Shown: positions 54,698 to 64,000 of the stretch, one piece after another
How positions within the stretch are numbered: the first letter of the stretch is position 1
Layout of the letters: each line of letters begins with the position of its first letter
From: a bacterium
GTDB lineage: Bacteria > Babelota > Babeliae > Babelales > UBA12409
NCBI GenBank assembly: GCA_018660415.1
Contig: JABJKG010000001.1
Span: forward strand, 15,530-79,529
DNA length: 64,000 nt
Direction of reading: 5' to 3'
The notes under the pieces: model-generated
What the model saw: the letters and a program-made list of their open reading frames with translations, nothing else
The model's database searches: none
What the model was told of the DNA's origin: nothing
Program-made: the position numbers and the translations under genes

Positions 54698-55227
54698 AAA
54701 TGGTTTCCCCTATACTTTATTAAAAAAAAACATAAATTTTTATACACATTCCGACAATAATAATGGAAAACAGACTTTTACTCAAGAGATAAATTATTCC
54801 AATTATAATTTTACTCAATTAAATTTTGTACTGTTACCTATATTTTTATACATTTTCATTATACTGTCAGAAAAGAACTATTCAGTAATGGTATACAACA
54901 TATGTGACTTGTTATTGTATACAAAAAATTCAACCCCTTTATGGTGAGACTGTGCACCCTGTTCCATTGTTATCATCCTGCTGCAATCGTTTAACCCTTT
55001 ATTAGAATTGCACAATGAATGTGCCATTGGATTAAGTTCTAGAGCAATTTCAACATCATCTGTTTCAAACCCTTATTATTTAAGTATAGCAGACGTGTCA
55101 AGGGATTGCGCGTTTTTTTTGATCACAATCGACCAACTCAAACACGAATAACTGCAGCCAAAGCGTTAATAAAGAAATTTATAAAAATTTTAAATAGAAC
55201 TCTTTTTGGTGCCATTTTTGAAAAAAA

Positions 55228-55812
55228 CTACCTTTTTTGCTGCAAACTTTTTGGCGTTTTTAAAAAAGTGATAAAAATTGGATTGTTTTCTCGAGGAAGC
55301 ATCCGTTCATATTCAGCTGTCAGTACAGCTATCGATGATACATGCTTACGAAAAGACGCTACTCCTATCGACGACCCTGCATACTTGGACACATAAAGCT
55401 CTTCAAAGATAGGAATCAAAACTGTTGAAAGATCTTTAGAAACCATTGAAGCATCATTGCGTTGCGCCGCCTTAAGCCAGTCCGATACCTGTGCATCGGA
55501 TAAACCTATCAACGAAAAACCGTACACCATGCTTAAGTATTGTTTAATAAGGTCGGTGCATTGAATACAAATAGCAGGAGTAATTACTTGAGCTGTGGCA
55601 GTAGTTTTTTGTAATAACACAAGGCTGTTCTGGACTTGCTCTTGCGGTGTTAGCTCGACAACCTTTTTCTTACTCCTAAACAACCACAAACCTATGCCAA
55701 CAACAAGCATACATGCCATGGTTATACCTGCCATAAACCACCACTGTGACCACCAAGGAACAAATGAAAGCGTTTGAATCGATAAATCTAAATCCTGTAA
55801 CAAGGCATCCAT
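55228..55812 (-). CDS. DUF4381-like membrane protein
   Basis: Single TM segment after a Trp-rich stretch (VPWWSQWWFMAGITMACMLVVGIGLWLF), positioned downstream of DUF58 as in Bat-type operons. Confidence 0.4.
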   Translation of the reverse strand: MDALLQDLDLSIQTLSFVPWWSQWWFMAGITMACMLVVGIGLWLFRSKKKVVELTPQEQVQNSLVLLQKTTATAQVITPAICIQCTDLIKQYLSMVYGFSLIGLSDAQVSDWLKAAQRNDASMVSKDLSTVLIPIFEELYVSKYAGSSIGVASFRKHVSSIAVLTAEYERMLPRENNPIFITFLKTPKSLQQKR

Positions 55813-55815
55813 GTT

Positions 55816-56715
55816 TTACCTTCTTCTTAATCTTGTTTTCAAAAACATAATCATGTCTTCAATAAAATCTTGAGTTGACTCAATGTCTAAGCAAGCAACC
55901 CCATATCGTTCTAAAGTTTTTTTCTGTTTGGATAATCGTTGAGCAAAGTCGAAATGAAACTGTTTCATCTGCCTTGAGCTTAACATAAGTGGCTCTGATC
56001 TATTCATATCGACCATGGTTAATGGACCAAACAATGACAAACTTTTTTCATTACGATCTAAACAACGAATCGCCACCAACTCAAAACGTCTTGAAACTTT
56101 TTTTATCTCATCTTCCCATTGAGTGTTAAGAAAATCAGATAAAATAAACACTAATGCATCACGCTTAAAACGCTCTACTAACGACTTGAAAATAGGTGAT
56201 AATGACGGCTGTTTACCAGAAGGGTTAGTCGCAAACAATTTTTCTATCATTGCATACACCGCCCTTTTGCCAGTCTTGGCCGGTAATACCAGCTCAGTCT
56301 CATCAGTAACAACGACGATAGAAACACGGTCTTTATGCCAAGTGCCCGCAAGTGCCAAGGCACCGGCAGCCTGAGCCATGATAGAAAATTTTAAATGTTC
56401 CTGTGATCCATAAAATTCTGTTGATGAACCGTCAATCATGATTACAATCGTTCGCTTCTGTTCCTCAAAACATTCTTTAACGAGCATTTTTCCCGAACGA
56501 GCAGAACCTTTCCAATCAATAAAACGAACGTCATCACCCTGCTGATATTCTCGTATTTGATTAAACTCAAATCCAATACCTTTAATCTTACTATGGACAT
56601 CACCAGTCCGCAGCCCACGCATAAGGCGCCGGACATGTAACTCAAGGTCATGAACTTTTTGTAATATTTGAGGATCTATCATAACGAAAAGTATCTTTCG
56701 ATTAGAGGAGACCAA
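55816..56715 (-). CDS. DUF58-domain (vWA-like) protein
   Basis: EYQQGDDVRFIDWKGSARSGKMLVKECFEEQKRTIVIMIDGS. Confidence 0.75.
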   Translation of the reverse strand: MVSSNRKILFVMIDPQILQKVHDLELHVRRLMRGLRTGDVHSKIKGIGFEFNQIREYQQGDDVRFIDWKGSARSGKMLVKECFEEQKRTIVIMIDGSSTEFYGSQEHLKFSIMAQAAGALALAGTWHKDRVSIVVVTDETELVLPAKTGKRAVYAMIEKLFATNPSGKQPSLSPIFKSLVERFKRDALVFILSDFLNTQWEDEIKKVSRRFELVAIRCLDRNEKSLSLFGPLTMVDMNRSEPLMLSSRQMKQFHFDFAQRLSKQKKTLERYGVACLDIESTQDFIEDMIMFLKTRLRRR

Positions 56716-57937
56716 ATCCCTTTAAAGCGTCCGGTAATTTAATGGTGCCATCTGCCTGTTGATACGTTTCTATCAATGCTACCATAAGTCGTGGCAATGC
56801 CAACGATGAAGCGTTCAATGTATTAACTAACTGGGTCTTATCGTTTTGATGTGCTTTAAATCGCATGCCACCACGTCGCGCTTGAAAGTCGGTACAGTTA
56901 CTACCAGAAGAAACTTCATAGTATTTTTGTTGCCCCGGCATCCAAACTTCAATATCAAATGTTTTTGCCGACTGGAATGACATGTCTTGTGAGGCCAACA
57001 AACTCACCTGATAATGTAATCCTAATTGCTGCAATATATCTTCTGCACACGCCAACATTCTATCTAACTCATCATTAGCTTTTGAAGGTTCACACACAGT
57101 ATACAATTCAGCCTTTTCAAATTGATGAATACGAATAAGGCCACGCTCTTGTGCACCATAGCCCCCAGCTTCACGCCTAAAGCAACTGGTCCATGAAGTC
57201 ATTCGTTTAGGTAGCTCTGAAGACATAAACGTCGTGTCTCGATAAAGATTAGTTAAACTTACCTCCGATGTAGGAATAAGATATAACCCTTCCTCAGGAA
57301 CGCTGTATACTTCATCTTTAAACTTTGGAAAATTGCCAGCAACTTCTAATGATTTTTCATTAACCAAGTATGGTGGCAACATTGGAGTAAATCCATGCTT
57401 CATATTATTTTGCATCATAAACATCATGAGCGCATATATTAATTTAACACCCTCATCTTTATAAAAAACAAATTGGCTACCCGTCATCTTGGCTGCCGCT
57501 TCAAAATCAAACCACCCTAAAGCTAGCCCCAAATCAACATGGTTTTTTGGCTCAAAATCAAATACTGGTTGTTCTCCGACCGTTTTGACTACCTTGTTTG
57601 CTTCCTTCCCACCAACAGGAGTATCATCCGCGGGAATGTTAGGACATCGTAGATATAATTCCTTAAAATCCTTAGAAACCTGTTCAAGCTCTTCAGTCTT
57701 ACTTTTAAGCGTCGTTCCTATTTCCTTCGATTGCTCTCTTATTTCAGGAGTAATCCCACCCTTAGCCTGAGCGGCCAGTTGGTTCTTTTGAGCGCGTAAC
57801 GTTTCTACCTGAACCAGGAGAGCTCGTTGTTGTTTGTCGAGCTCTGCAAGCTTTTGTCCATCAAAGCTTGGGTCTTTTTTCTTCAGCGCATTAATCACCG
57901 CTTCAGTATTTTCTCGTAATTTTAATAAATCAATCAT
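56702..57937 (-). CDS. serS: Serine--tRNA ligase
   Basis: N-terminal coiled coil, class II motifs (FRREAG..., GLIRIHQFEKAE, GSGLALPR-like NASSLALPRLMVALIE). The likely start MIDLLKLR is at 57937. Confidence 0.9.
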   Translation of the reverse strand: MIDLLKLRENTEAVINALKKKDPSFDGQKLAELDKQQRALLVQVETLRAQKNQLAAQAKGGITPEIREQSKEIGTTLKSKTEELEQVSKDFKELYLRCPNIPADDTPVGGKEANKVVKTVGEQPVFDFEPKNHVDLGLALGWFDFEAAAKMTGSQFVFYKDEGVKLIYALMMFMMQNNMKHGFTPMLPPYLVNEKSLEVAGNFPKFKDEVYSVPEEGLYLIPTSEVSLTNLYRDTTFMSSELPKRMTSWTSCFRREAGGYGAQERGLIRIHQFEKAELYTVCEPSKANDELDRMLACAEDILQQLGLHYQVSLLASQDMSFQSAKTFDIEVWMPGQQKYYEVSSGSNCTDFQARRGGMRFKAHQNDKTQLVNTLNASSLALPRLMVALIETYQQADGTIKLPDALKGFGLL

Positions 57938-58005
57938 GGGGGTCCCATTAGTTTGCAATTGAGTAGGTTTGTATCCAGGTTATCGCAAAAGAGAGCGCAT
58001 GCCAA

Positions 58006-58037
58006 GAAAAAAGGCCGCTTTATAAGCGACCTTTTTT
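58006..58037 (-). terminator. Rho-independent terminator downstream of hup
   Basis: AAAAAGGCCGC-tttataa-GCGACCTTTTT, with one mismatch and a T-run on the minus strand. Confidence 0.5.
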
Positions 58038-58069
58038 GTGCGGGTAAAAAATTTTATTTGAAAAACAAT

Positions 58070-58348
58070 TTACATTGCTCTCACTACTTCACGTAGATTT
58101 TTACCTGGCTTAAAGCGAGGAATTTGAATTTCTGGAATATCAATGCGCTCTTTAGTCGCAGGGTTAATTCCTTTACGTGCTGGACGAACTGAGGTAGTGA
58201 AGGTTCCAAATCCTGTAAGAGAAACTTTTTCACCTTTTCTCAATGAACGTTCAATAATGCGTGTAAGAGATTCTAATACACGTGTTACATCTTTTTTGCT
58301 AAATGTAGTTTCTACACTTAGTGCGTCGATCAATTCAGTCTTGTTCAT
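58070..58348 (-). CDS. hup: HU-family DNA-binding protein
   Basis: MNKTELIDAL...GFGTF...RPARKGINPATKERIDIP...PRFKPGKNL. Confidence 0.9.
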   Translation of the reverse strand: MNKTELIDALSVETTFSKKDVTRVLESLTRIIERSLRKGEKVSLTGFGTFTTSVRPARKGINPATKERIDIPEIQIPRFKPGKNLREVVRAM

Positions 58349-58550
58349 AAGACACTCCCGATTAAGGTTAATATACGGTTAAACACTGCTTTGTTTTTGC
58401 TTTGAAGGCTAACTCTCTTTTTTTATACAATTCTTAACGTATCATATTCTTATTAATTAGTTTGTCAATTGTTTTTTCTTTTATATATACTCATACTTAA
58501 CAAAAACTAAAAAAATCCAAACTAAAAAAATTATTCTAGAAGGAATAATA

Positions 58551-59357
58551 ATGCTAATTGATTCTCATTGTCACATTAATTTAATGGTTAAAAAAAAGTT
58601 TGATATCTTACTAACAAAAAAAGAAATAGAACTGGCACAACCAATTATCGATCAAGCAAAAAAACATAATGTAGATATTATTGTTAATGTTGGAACAAGT
58701 CTTCCTGAAAGCAAAAACTGTATCTCATTAGCACAAGCATATCCAACGCTGTACGCCACAGCCGGAATCCATCCTAACGATTGTTCCGAAGATTGGAAAA
58801 ATGACTTTACAGAAATTACTAAACTCGTCAAAGAGAAAGAACACAATAAAATTGTTGCTATTGGAGAAATTGGAATTGATTTACATTACCCCGACTCTAA
58901 TCTTTCTCGACAAACTGACGCTTTTAAAGCACAAATCGAATTGGCACTCGAAAACGATCTTTGTATTGTCATCCATAGTCGCGATGCTTATGATGAAACA
59001 TTATCAATCTTAGAGCCATATCAAAAGGATATCAAACGTGGTATTTTCCACTGCTTTTCCTATGACCAACCATTTGCACGCCAAGCCGTCGAATGGGGTT
59101 TTGCATTAGGAATCGATGGCCCTGTCACCTATCCTAAAAATGATATCTTGCGAGCTGTGGTCAGAGAAACACCATTTTCATCCCTAGTACTCGAAACCGA
59201 TTCGCCCTACCTTCCCCCTCAAATAATCCGAGGCAAGCCAAATTCCCCGCAATACATTGCCACAATCGCTTCTTTTATCGCCGACCTTAAAAAGGTTTCT
59301 CTTGAAGAAGTATCAGAACAAACAACACAAACAGTTCGTAGGCTGTTTAACATATAG
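58551..59357 (+). CDS. tatD: TatD-family metal-dependent hydrolase
   Basis: MLIDSHCHIN...GEIGIDLHY...IHSRDA...FHCFS...ETDSPYL. Confidence 0.85.
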   Translation: MLIDSHCHINLMVKKKFDILLTKKEIELAQPIIDQAKKHNVDIIVNVGTSLPESKNCISLAQAYPTLYATAGIHPNDCSEDWKNDFTEITKLVKEKEHNKIVAIGEIGIDLHYPDSNLSRQTDAFKAQIELALENDLCIVIHSRDAYDETLSILEPYQKDIKRGIFHCFSYDQPFARQAVEWGFALGIDGPVTYPKNDILRAVVRETPFSSLVLETDSPYLPPQIIRGKPNSPQYIATIASFIADLKKVSLEEVSEQTTQTVRRLFNI

Positions 59358-59411
59358 ATATTCTGGTATGCTCAAGTAAATAATTATAAAATTTGAAAAA
59401 ATGAAAGTATC

Positions 59412-60821
59412 ATGAATTATTTAATATTGTTAGCATTTCTGATTTATTTTGCCGTCCTGTTTTCTATTGGTTTAGTATTTTATAGACAAAAAACAAGTGA
59501 AGCTGGATTCATCCTTGGCAATCGCTCACTTAACTATTGGGTGACAGCAATCTCCACACAAAGTAGTGATATGGGATCGTGGCTATTTTTAGGATTACCG
59601 GCAGTAGTTTTTACTACCGGATTGTTTGAGATTTGGACACCAATAGGACTCGTCATTTTTATGTTTCTTACATGGCAATTTATTGCCCCACGCTTACGCG
59701 TAGCAACAGCTCATTACCGTACGCTCACACTCTGGTCATTCTTTGAAAAAAAATTCAATGACACGAGTGGTTATCTGAGCTTGTTGTGTGCGCTCATTAC
59801 GATCTATTTTTTCACGTGCTATATTGCCGTAGGCCTGGTTGGTCTGAGTACCCTTTTTGAATCAGCATTTGGCCTTAATTATCATATCGGTATTTTGGTG
59901 GCCGTAGCAGTAACGGTCGGGTATACCATCGTTGGTGGTTTTCTTGCCGTAGCCTGGTGTAACTTATTCCAAGGGTTATTTTTACTCTGCATGATTCTGT
60001 TAGTACCCATATCGGCTTATAACCATGTCGGTGGCATGACAGCAATCATCAACGCTGCCCATCACCAAAACGTCTCTCTGTCTATTTTCCCTTCTCTCTC
60101 TTCAACCTTTTGGGCACTGATTAAATTAGCAGGTTGGGGACTTGGTTACTTTGGAATGCCACACCTACTTGTTAATTTTATGGGTATTAATGATGCTCGT
60201 AATATTCGTAAGGCTAAAGTTGTTGGAATTATCTGGCAAATCATTGTTTTGAGCTCAGCAGTAGCCATGGGATTGATTGCCTTAGCCTACTTCCCATTAG
60301 GACTTAACCACCCACAACAGATCTTTAGTATGATGGTCGAAGAACTATTCTCGCCATTGGTTGCCGGCTTTGCACTCTGTGGAGTTCTTGCTGCCACCCT
60401 TTCAACAATTACAACCCAGATCATTGTAGGGGCATCCTCTATTGCAGAAGATATTTATAAACGATTTGTTAATCCTGCAGTAACATCTTCACAGTTAGTC
60501 TTAGTAACTCAGTTGAGCACTTTAAGCATCGGTATTCTTAGTATCATTACTGCATGGAATACTTCATTATCTATCTATGATCTTACTCAGTACGCATGGA
60601 CCGGCCTTGGTGGTTCATTTGGACCTTTAGTATTATTATCTCTCTATGGAAAAAACATTACAGCCCGTGGTGCAATGACAGGCCTTTGCTTAGGAGCTTT
60701 CATTACCATCTTCTGGCCATTGACCCATATCAGTCAAGACGTTGGCTTAGTGACAGCTTTTATCATTAATTTTGTAAGTACAATTATAGTTTCACGAACT
60801 TCACAAAAATCTTTCGCATAA
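59412..60821 (+). CDS. Sodium:solute symporter family transporter (PutP-like)
   Basis: About 13 TM segments, N-terminal GFILGNRSLNYWVTAIS...SDMGSWLFLGLP. Confidence 0.7.
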   Translation: MNYLILLAFLIYFAVLFSIGLVFYRQKTSEAGFILGNRSLNYWVTAISTQSSDMGSWLFLGLPAVVFTTGLFEIWTPIGLVIFMFLTWQFIAPRLRVATAHYRTLTLWSFFEKKFNDTSGYLSLLCALITIYFFTCYIAVGLVGLSTLFESAFGLNYHIGILVAVAVTVGYTIVGGFLAVAWCNLFQGLFLLCMILLVPISAYNHVGGMTAIINAAHHQNVSLSIFPSLSSTFWALIKLAGWGLGYFGMPHLLVNFMGINDARNIRKAKVVGIIWQIIVLSSAVAMGLIALAYFPLGLNHPQQIFSMMVEELFSPLVAGFALCGVLAATLSTITTQIIVGASSIAEDIYKRFVNPAVTSSQLVLVTQLSTLSIGILSIITAWNTSLSIYDLTQYAWTGLGGSFGPLVLLSLYGKNITARGAMTGLCLGAFITIFWPLTHISQDVGLVTAFIINFVSTIIVSRTSQKSFA

Positions 60822-60822
60822 C

Positions 60823-60854
60823 AAAAAAGGCGACCGTATAATGGTCGCCTTTTT
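60823..60854. terminator. Bidirectional rho-independent terminator
   Basis: Perfect stem AAAAAGGCGACC / GGTCGCCTTTTT between convergent genes. Confidence 0.65.
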
Positions 60855-60875
60855 ATGATCTTAATACATATTAAA

Positions 60876-61337
60876 TTATGCAGCTGATGAGTGCTTACCC
60901 AATCGTTCAAAATACTTACGTTGATAAACCTCACACTTACGAAGTTTCTCTTCCAAAGCAGCCTTCTCTTGCTGCAAATCCGTCACTTTGTTGTTTTCTG
61001 GTTCAACTATTTCTTCTGATTCTTCAAATGAAATATTTTCTCCATATTCATATTCTTGTAGCTCTTGTTTAAGCCTTGCTACTTCTTTTTGAAGAATAAC
61101 TCTTTGATCCTTGCCTTCTTTGGCTACTTCCAAAAGTTCCTTATATGCCTTACACAGGTACTTCTTATCCGCAACTACCCTTTCACGGTAATAAGAAATA
61201 GCCCTTGCAGCACCAACAGTACCAAGAACTACAACCACCGCAGCTCCACCTAAAATGTTATCCGACACCTCACGTGCGTCCAGCTGAGAAGCTCCTAGAC
61301 TTAATAAGCATCCTGCAAGTATAATTTTCTTAATCAT
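60876..61337 (-). CDS. Signal-peptide / Gly-Ala hydrophobic / coiled-coil protein, tandem family member A
   Basis: MIKKIILAGCLLSLGASQLDAREV, GGAAVVVVLGTVGAA, coiled coil, C-terminal RKCEVYQRKY. Confidence 0.6.
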   Translation of the reverse strand: MIKKIILAGCLLSLGASQLDAREVSDNILGGAAVVVVLGTVGAARAISYYRERVVADKKYLCKAYKELLEVAKEGKDQRVILQKEVARLKQELQEYEYGENISFEESEEIVEPENNKVTDLQQEKAALEEKLRKCEVYQRKYFERLGKHSSAA

Positions 61338-61388
61338 GATCTAATCCTATTGTTTTCTTTTGTTGTAAAATGTCCGCAATTCAACGAT

Positions 61389-61907
61389 CTAAAAGCGTTC
61401 TTCTCGTTCGTCTTCTACGCTCTGATATTGCTTATAGTATAAATTGCGAAGACGTGTACATTCTTTAAGTTCTGCAATTAAAGCCTTTTTATCTTTCTCG
61501 CATTGATCCTTATCTGCACGTAATTTGGAATCAAAAGAAAATTCATTAGCCTTTGATAAAGCATCTTCAGTTTCTTGTAATTTTTGATTAAGCACTTCTA
61601 ATTTTGCTTGAAGATTTTTTTCACGCTCAAGACCTTCTTCTATTTTGGTTCTATGAAATTTAATAGTTCCTCCACGCTCATCATAGCGAGCAGTAAGGTT
61701 ATTATTTTTTTTTCGTAGCTCTTCTTTTCTTTCTTCGCTTTTTGTTAGCTCAGCCCGACAATTTTTAATAATCTTTGCTGCACCAGCAACACCAAGAACT
61801 ACAGCAGCAGCCCCCACGCCCAAAACAGTATCTGGTACTTCGCGCGCATTCAATTGAGAATTTCCTAGACTTAATAAACATCCGGCAAGTAAAAATTTCT
61901 TCATCAT
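61389..61907 (-). CDS. Tandem family member B
   Basis: MMKKFLLAGCLLSLGNSQLNAREVPD, GVGAAAVVLGVAGAA, coiled coil, LKECTRLRNLYYKQY. Confidence 0.6.
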   Translation of the reverse strand: MMKKFLLAGCLLSLGNSQLNAREVPDTVLGVGAAAVVLGVAGAAKIIKNCRAELTKSEERKEELRKKNNNLTARYDERGGTIKFHRTKIEEGLEREKNLQAKLEVLNQKLQETEDALSKANEFSFDSKLRADKDQCEKDKKALIAELKECTRLRNLYYKQYQSVEDEREERF

Positions 61908-62235
61908 GATATAATCCTATTGTTTGTTTTGTTGTAAAAATATAAACCTTGCGACACTACTTATCTCAATTTAAACACCATTCTCATCAATTACTTCCTC
62001 CAGAAACCTCTGCCAATATTCGCTTGATACATGGTCTTTACTACCATTATTTTTTTCACATGAAGACACTAACCCAGTCCCAGGCTTGAGAGATCTTTCT
62101 AATAATTTTCTTGCACTACTCTTAAAATCATATCAAGTCCCTGGTTTTTTACTCTGTGGTAAAATAAAAACAACCGCAACCAAACCCATGGCTAATAACA
62201 ACTTCTTCATAATTTTTTATATTTTTCCTATTTTT

Positions 62236-62595
62236 TTATTGAGTAGTGTTCCATTCTCTCATCCACTTAGAGAAGCTACTGTCGCCTGCTTTTCCAACTA
62301 GCTTCCACCGATTACGTAACCTCTCACATTCTTTAAATCGCTTTTCCATATCATCTCGTTGGTTACACACTCTTTCTACTTTTCTTTCAGCTCGGTGAGC
62401 ACGCAACACTAACTGTATCTTATCTTCTTTTAATGCTGCTTCGTTACTGCTCTTCCTTCCAACCCACACTCCTGCTAGCCCTGTAGCCACAGAAACCAAA
62501 GTTACCTTTGTTATAAAAGCCATATCAATTTCTGCTTTCACTTGTGGAGTTACGAAGCTCAACAAGCATCCAAGAAGTAATATTTTTTTCATCAT
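62236..62595 (-). CDS. Tandem family member C
   Basis: The likely start MMKKILLLGCLLSF is at 62595; the track start at 62658 adds 21 unlikely residues. Hydrophobic VSVATGLAGVWVG and FKECERLRNRWK. Confidence 0.55.
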   Translation of the reverse strand: MMKKILLLGCLLSFVTPQVKAEIDMAFITKVTLVSVATGLAGVWVGRKSSNEAALKEDKIQLVLRAHRAERKVERVCNQRDDMEKRFKECERLRNRWKLVGKAGDSSFSKWMREWNTTQ

Positions 62596-62731
62596 TGTTG
62601 TATTTCCTTGTAGTTCGTTTTTGTAAGTAATGATAAGGTAATGACTTGTATGAGTCAAGGCCTTTTCAAAGGCATTTTATTACCCTTTTCATAGACCAAT
62701 TAGATATATCGAAAATTATACAATTAATTAT

Positions 62732-62760
62732 AAAAAAAGAACGGCCTTTTACAGCCGTTC
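62732..62760 (-). terminator. Rho-independent terminator downstream of family member D
   Basis: Stem GAACGGC / GCCGTTC followed on the minus strand by T7. Confidence 0.5.
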
Positions 62761-62795
62761 ACTTCACATGCTTTGCAGTAATATTATTTTAGAGT

Positions 62796-63149
62796 TTAAT
62801 ACTCGTTGCGACTTGTGGATGATGAAAAGCGAGAACCTATTTTAGCCTTGCTCAACCTTAACCGAGCCTCTTCACACTCTTGAAGTTTTTTTCGAAGCTC
62901 AGATACTTCTTTTTTATCTGATTCTCCAGCAACTTTTTCTTTTGCTAGGTCTGCTTCAGCTTCTTCTTTTTCTTGTTGAAGTTTTTTTGCATCAGTATAC
63001 CAGCGATCCCAGGCCATGCCGACACCAGCACCAACCGCTAACAAGATAAATCCTGTTGCTGTTGGACTATCTGCACCTCTTCCACCGTATGCTTGAAGTT
63101 GACTTGCTGTTCCACTTAATAAACATGCAAGTAAAAGTATTTTTTTCAT
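62796..63149 (-). CDS. Tandem family member D
   Basis: MKKILLLACLLSGTASQLQA, GFILLAVGAGVG, coiled coil, LQECEEARLRL. Confidence 0.55.
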   Translation of the reverse strand: MKKILLLACLLSGTASQLQAYGGRGADSPTATGFILLAVGAGVGMAWDRWYTDAKKLQQEKEEAEADLAKEKVAGESDKKEVSELRKKLQECEEARLRLSKAKIGSRFSSSTSRNEY

Positions 63150-63185
63150 ATGTTACATCCTATTGTTTTGTATTGTTGTAATAGT

Positions 63186-63629
63186 TTATTCTGTTACTGC
63201 TTCCACATGTTGATTTTGTTGTTGTGATAGATTTTCGATCTCAATGAGATACCCGTCACGTTCTTTTTTCAATGCTGTTATTTGTTGTTCTAGTGCAACC
63301 ACTCGATTACTTTCAGCTGCTACTGCTGCATCTTTATCTGCTACAGACAACTCAAGTTCTTTTTTCTCTTGTTCAAGCTCAACAATCTTTTTACTAAATG
63401 CATCAAGTTGTGCTTGCAAGTCTTGGACTTTATCTTTAAATTCAATATCTGCAACTTCAAGATTCATACAGTTTCGAGACGTATACAGCAAATGACAAGC
63501 TAGCCAAGTTCCTGCAGCACCTACTGCTCCTGCAATCAAACTGGTTTTCACATTACATGATGCATGTGCTTGCATTGCAAGGGCACTCATTAACCCAATC
63601 AGTAAAGCTTTCTTAACTACCATAATCAT
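63186..63629 (-). CDS. Tandem family member E, more divergent
   Basis: Signal ALLIGLMSALAMQAHA, hydrophobic LIAGAVGAAGTWLACHLL, then a long coiled coil. Confidence 0.5.
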   Translation of the reverse strand: MIMVVKKALLIGLMSALAMQAHASCNVKTSLIAGAVGAAGTWLACHLLYTSRNCMNLEVADIEFKDKVQDLQAQLDAFSKKIVELEQEKKELELSVADKDAAVAAESNRVVALEQQITALKKERDGYLIEIENLSQQQNQHVEAVTE

Positions 63630-63708
63630 TTCCTTTTTGTGTTATGTTTAGGTGATTTCTTATGCTCAACATATTATAGGAAAAGCAACACTTTGCAAAG
63701 GAAAGATT

Positions 63709-64000
63709 TTATACACTCACGATACGTTTTTTAACCTGTTTTAATGAAAAGGCTATCATACGCTTTTGTTGTTGACCTAAATCATAAATTGTATGATAAA
63801 AAAAATCACGATCCGGGCCCTTAACTACCGCCTGCTCATGCGCTTCAGACAACACAACAGGGTACCCAAAACCTTTACGTGATTGATCACAAATTGTTTT
63901 GACAATGGAATCTATATTATCTTTACTCTCAGCAACCCAAGCCGGCACTTCGATACGTACAATTTCATCACCAACATGTAAATAAAAAAAGTATGGTTTT
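63709..64000 (-). CDS. C-terminal part of a gene running off the right edge, possibly NurA-like nuclease
   Basis: The frame stays open upstream of the listed Met to the window end. GYPVVLSEAHEQAVV resembles the NurA-type YP..L..AH..A motif from memory only. Confidence 0.3.
   Translation of the reverse strand, partial: KPYFFYLHVGDEIVRIEVPAWVAESKDNIDSIVKTICDQSRKGFGYPVVLSEAHEQAVVKGPDRDFFYHTIYDLGQQQKRMIAFSLKQVKKRIVSV

Noticed and set aside
1-64000. rRNA, tmRNA, RNase P, SRP RNA or riboswitch signatures
   Set aside because: Scanning intergenic regions by eye found no recognisable conserved cores such as GGAAAGTCCGGGC for RNase P or a tmRNA tag region. Absence cannot be proven without a covariance-model search.

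Overview
AT-rich bacterial chromosomal window. Ordinary housekeeping genes are dense and short-spaced: pheS, prfA, rpmE, dps, trhO, sppA, mreC, dus, gatCA, rsmG, pgsA, secD, serS, hup, tatD, an ATP-dependent DNA ligase and seven tRNAs. Secreted ankyrin-repeat proteins, a nucleoside transporter, many signal-peptide-bearing enzymes and lineage-specific secreted coiled-coil paralogs suggest a host-associated or intracellular bacterium. A Dependentiae/TM6-like lineage is only a guess. The most unusual part is an accessory block from about 14.6 to 37.1 kb that ends at a tRNA-Asp/Asn/Val cluster. Three things stand out in it. (1) At 17.6-22.7 kb there is an integron-like array. Seven direct copies of a GC-rich ~35-nt repeat (TACTGGCGGCCCCTAGTTGACACGTTTAGGAACAA, weaker conservation for another ~30 nt) delimit six gene cassettes. 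Each cassette holds one complete toxin-antitoxin-type module: Fic, two RelE/Phd pairs, a HigB/Gp49-like toxin with an XRE antitoxin, DUF433-DUF5615, and a frameshifted killer gene with an intact antidote. No integron integrase and no canonical attC cores are visible. (2) At 22.8-31 kb there is a co-directional cluster of kinase, phosphatase, NTP-pyrophosphatase, hydrolase and GNAT enzymes, many with N-terminal export signals. (3) At about 31.7-37.1 kb there is a putative integrated element. It has a palindrome-rich non-coding region, a filamentous-phage gpII-like rolling-circle Rep and a large serine recombinase whose last codons overlap the 3' end of tRNA-Asp. Other items are a tRNA-Leu with an AAG anticodon and a five-gene tandem family of signal-peptide/coiled-coil proteins with a conserved leader (60.9-63.6 kb). 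No rRNA and no CRISPR array were seen. All calls come from reading the translations and sequence by eye; no database search was run.
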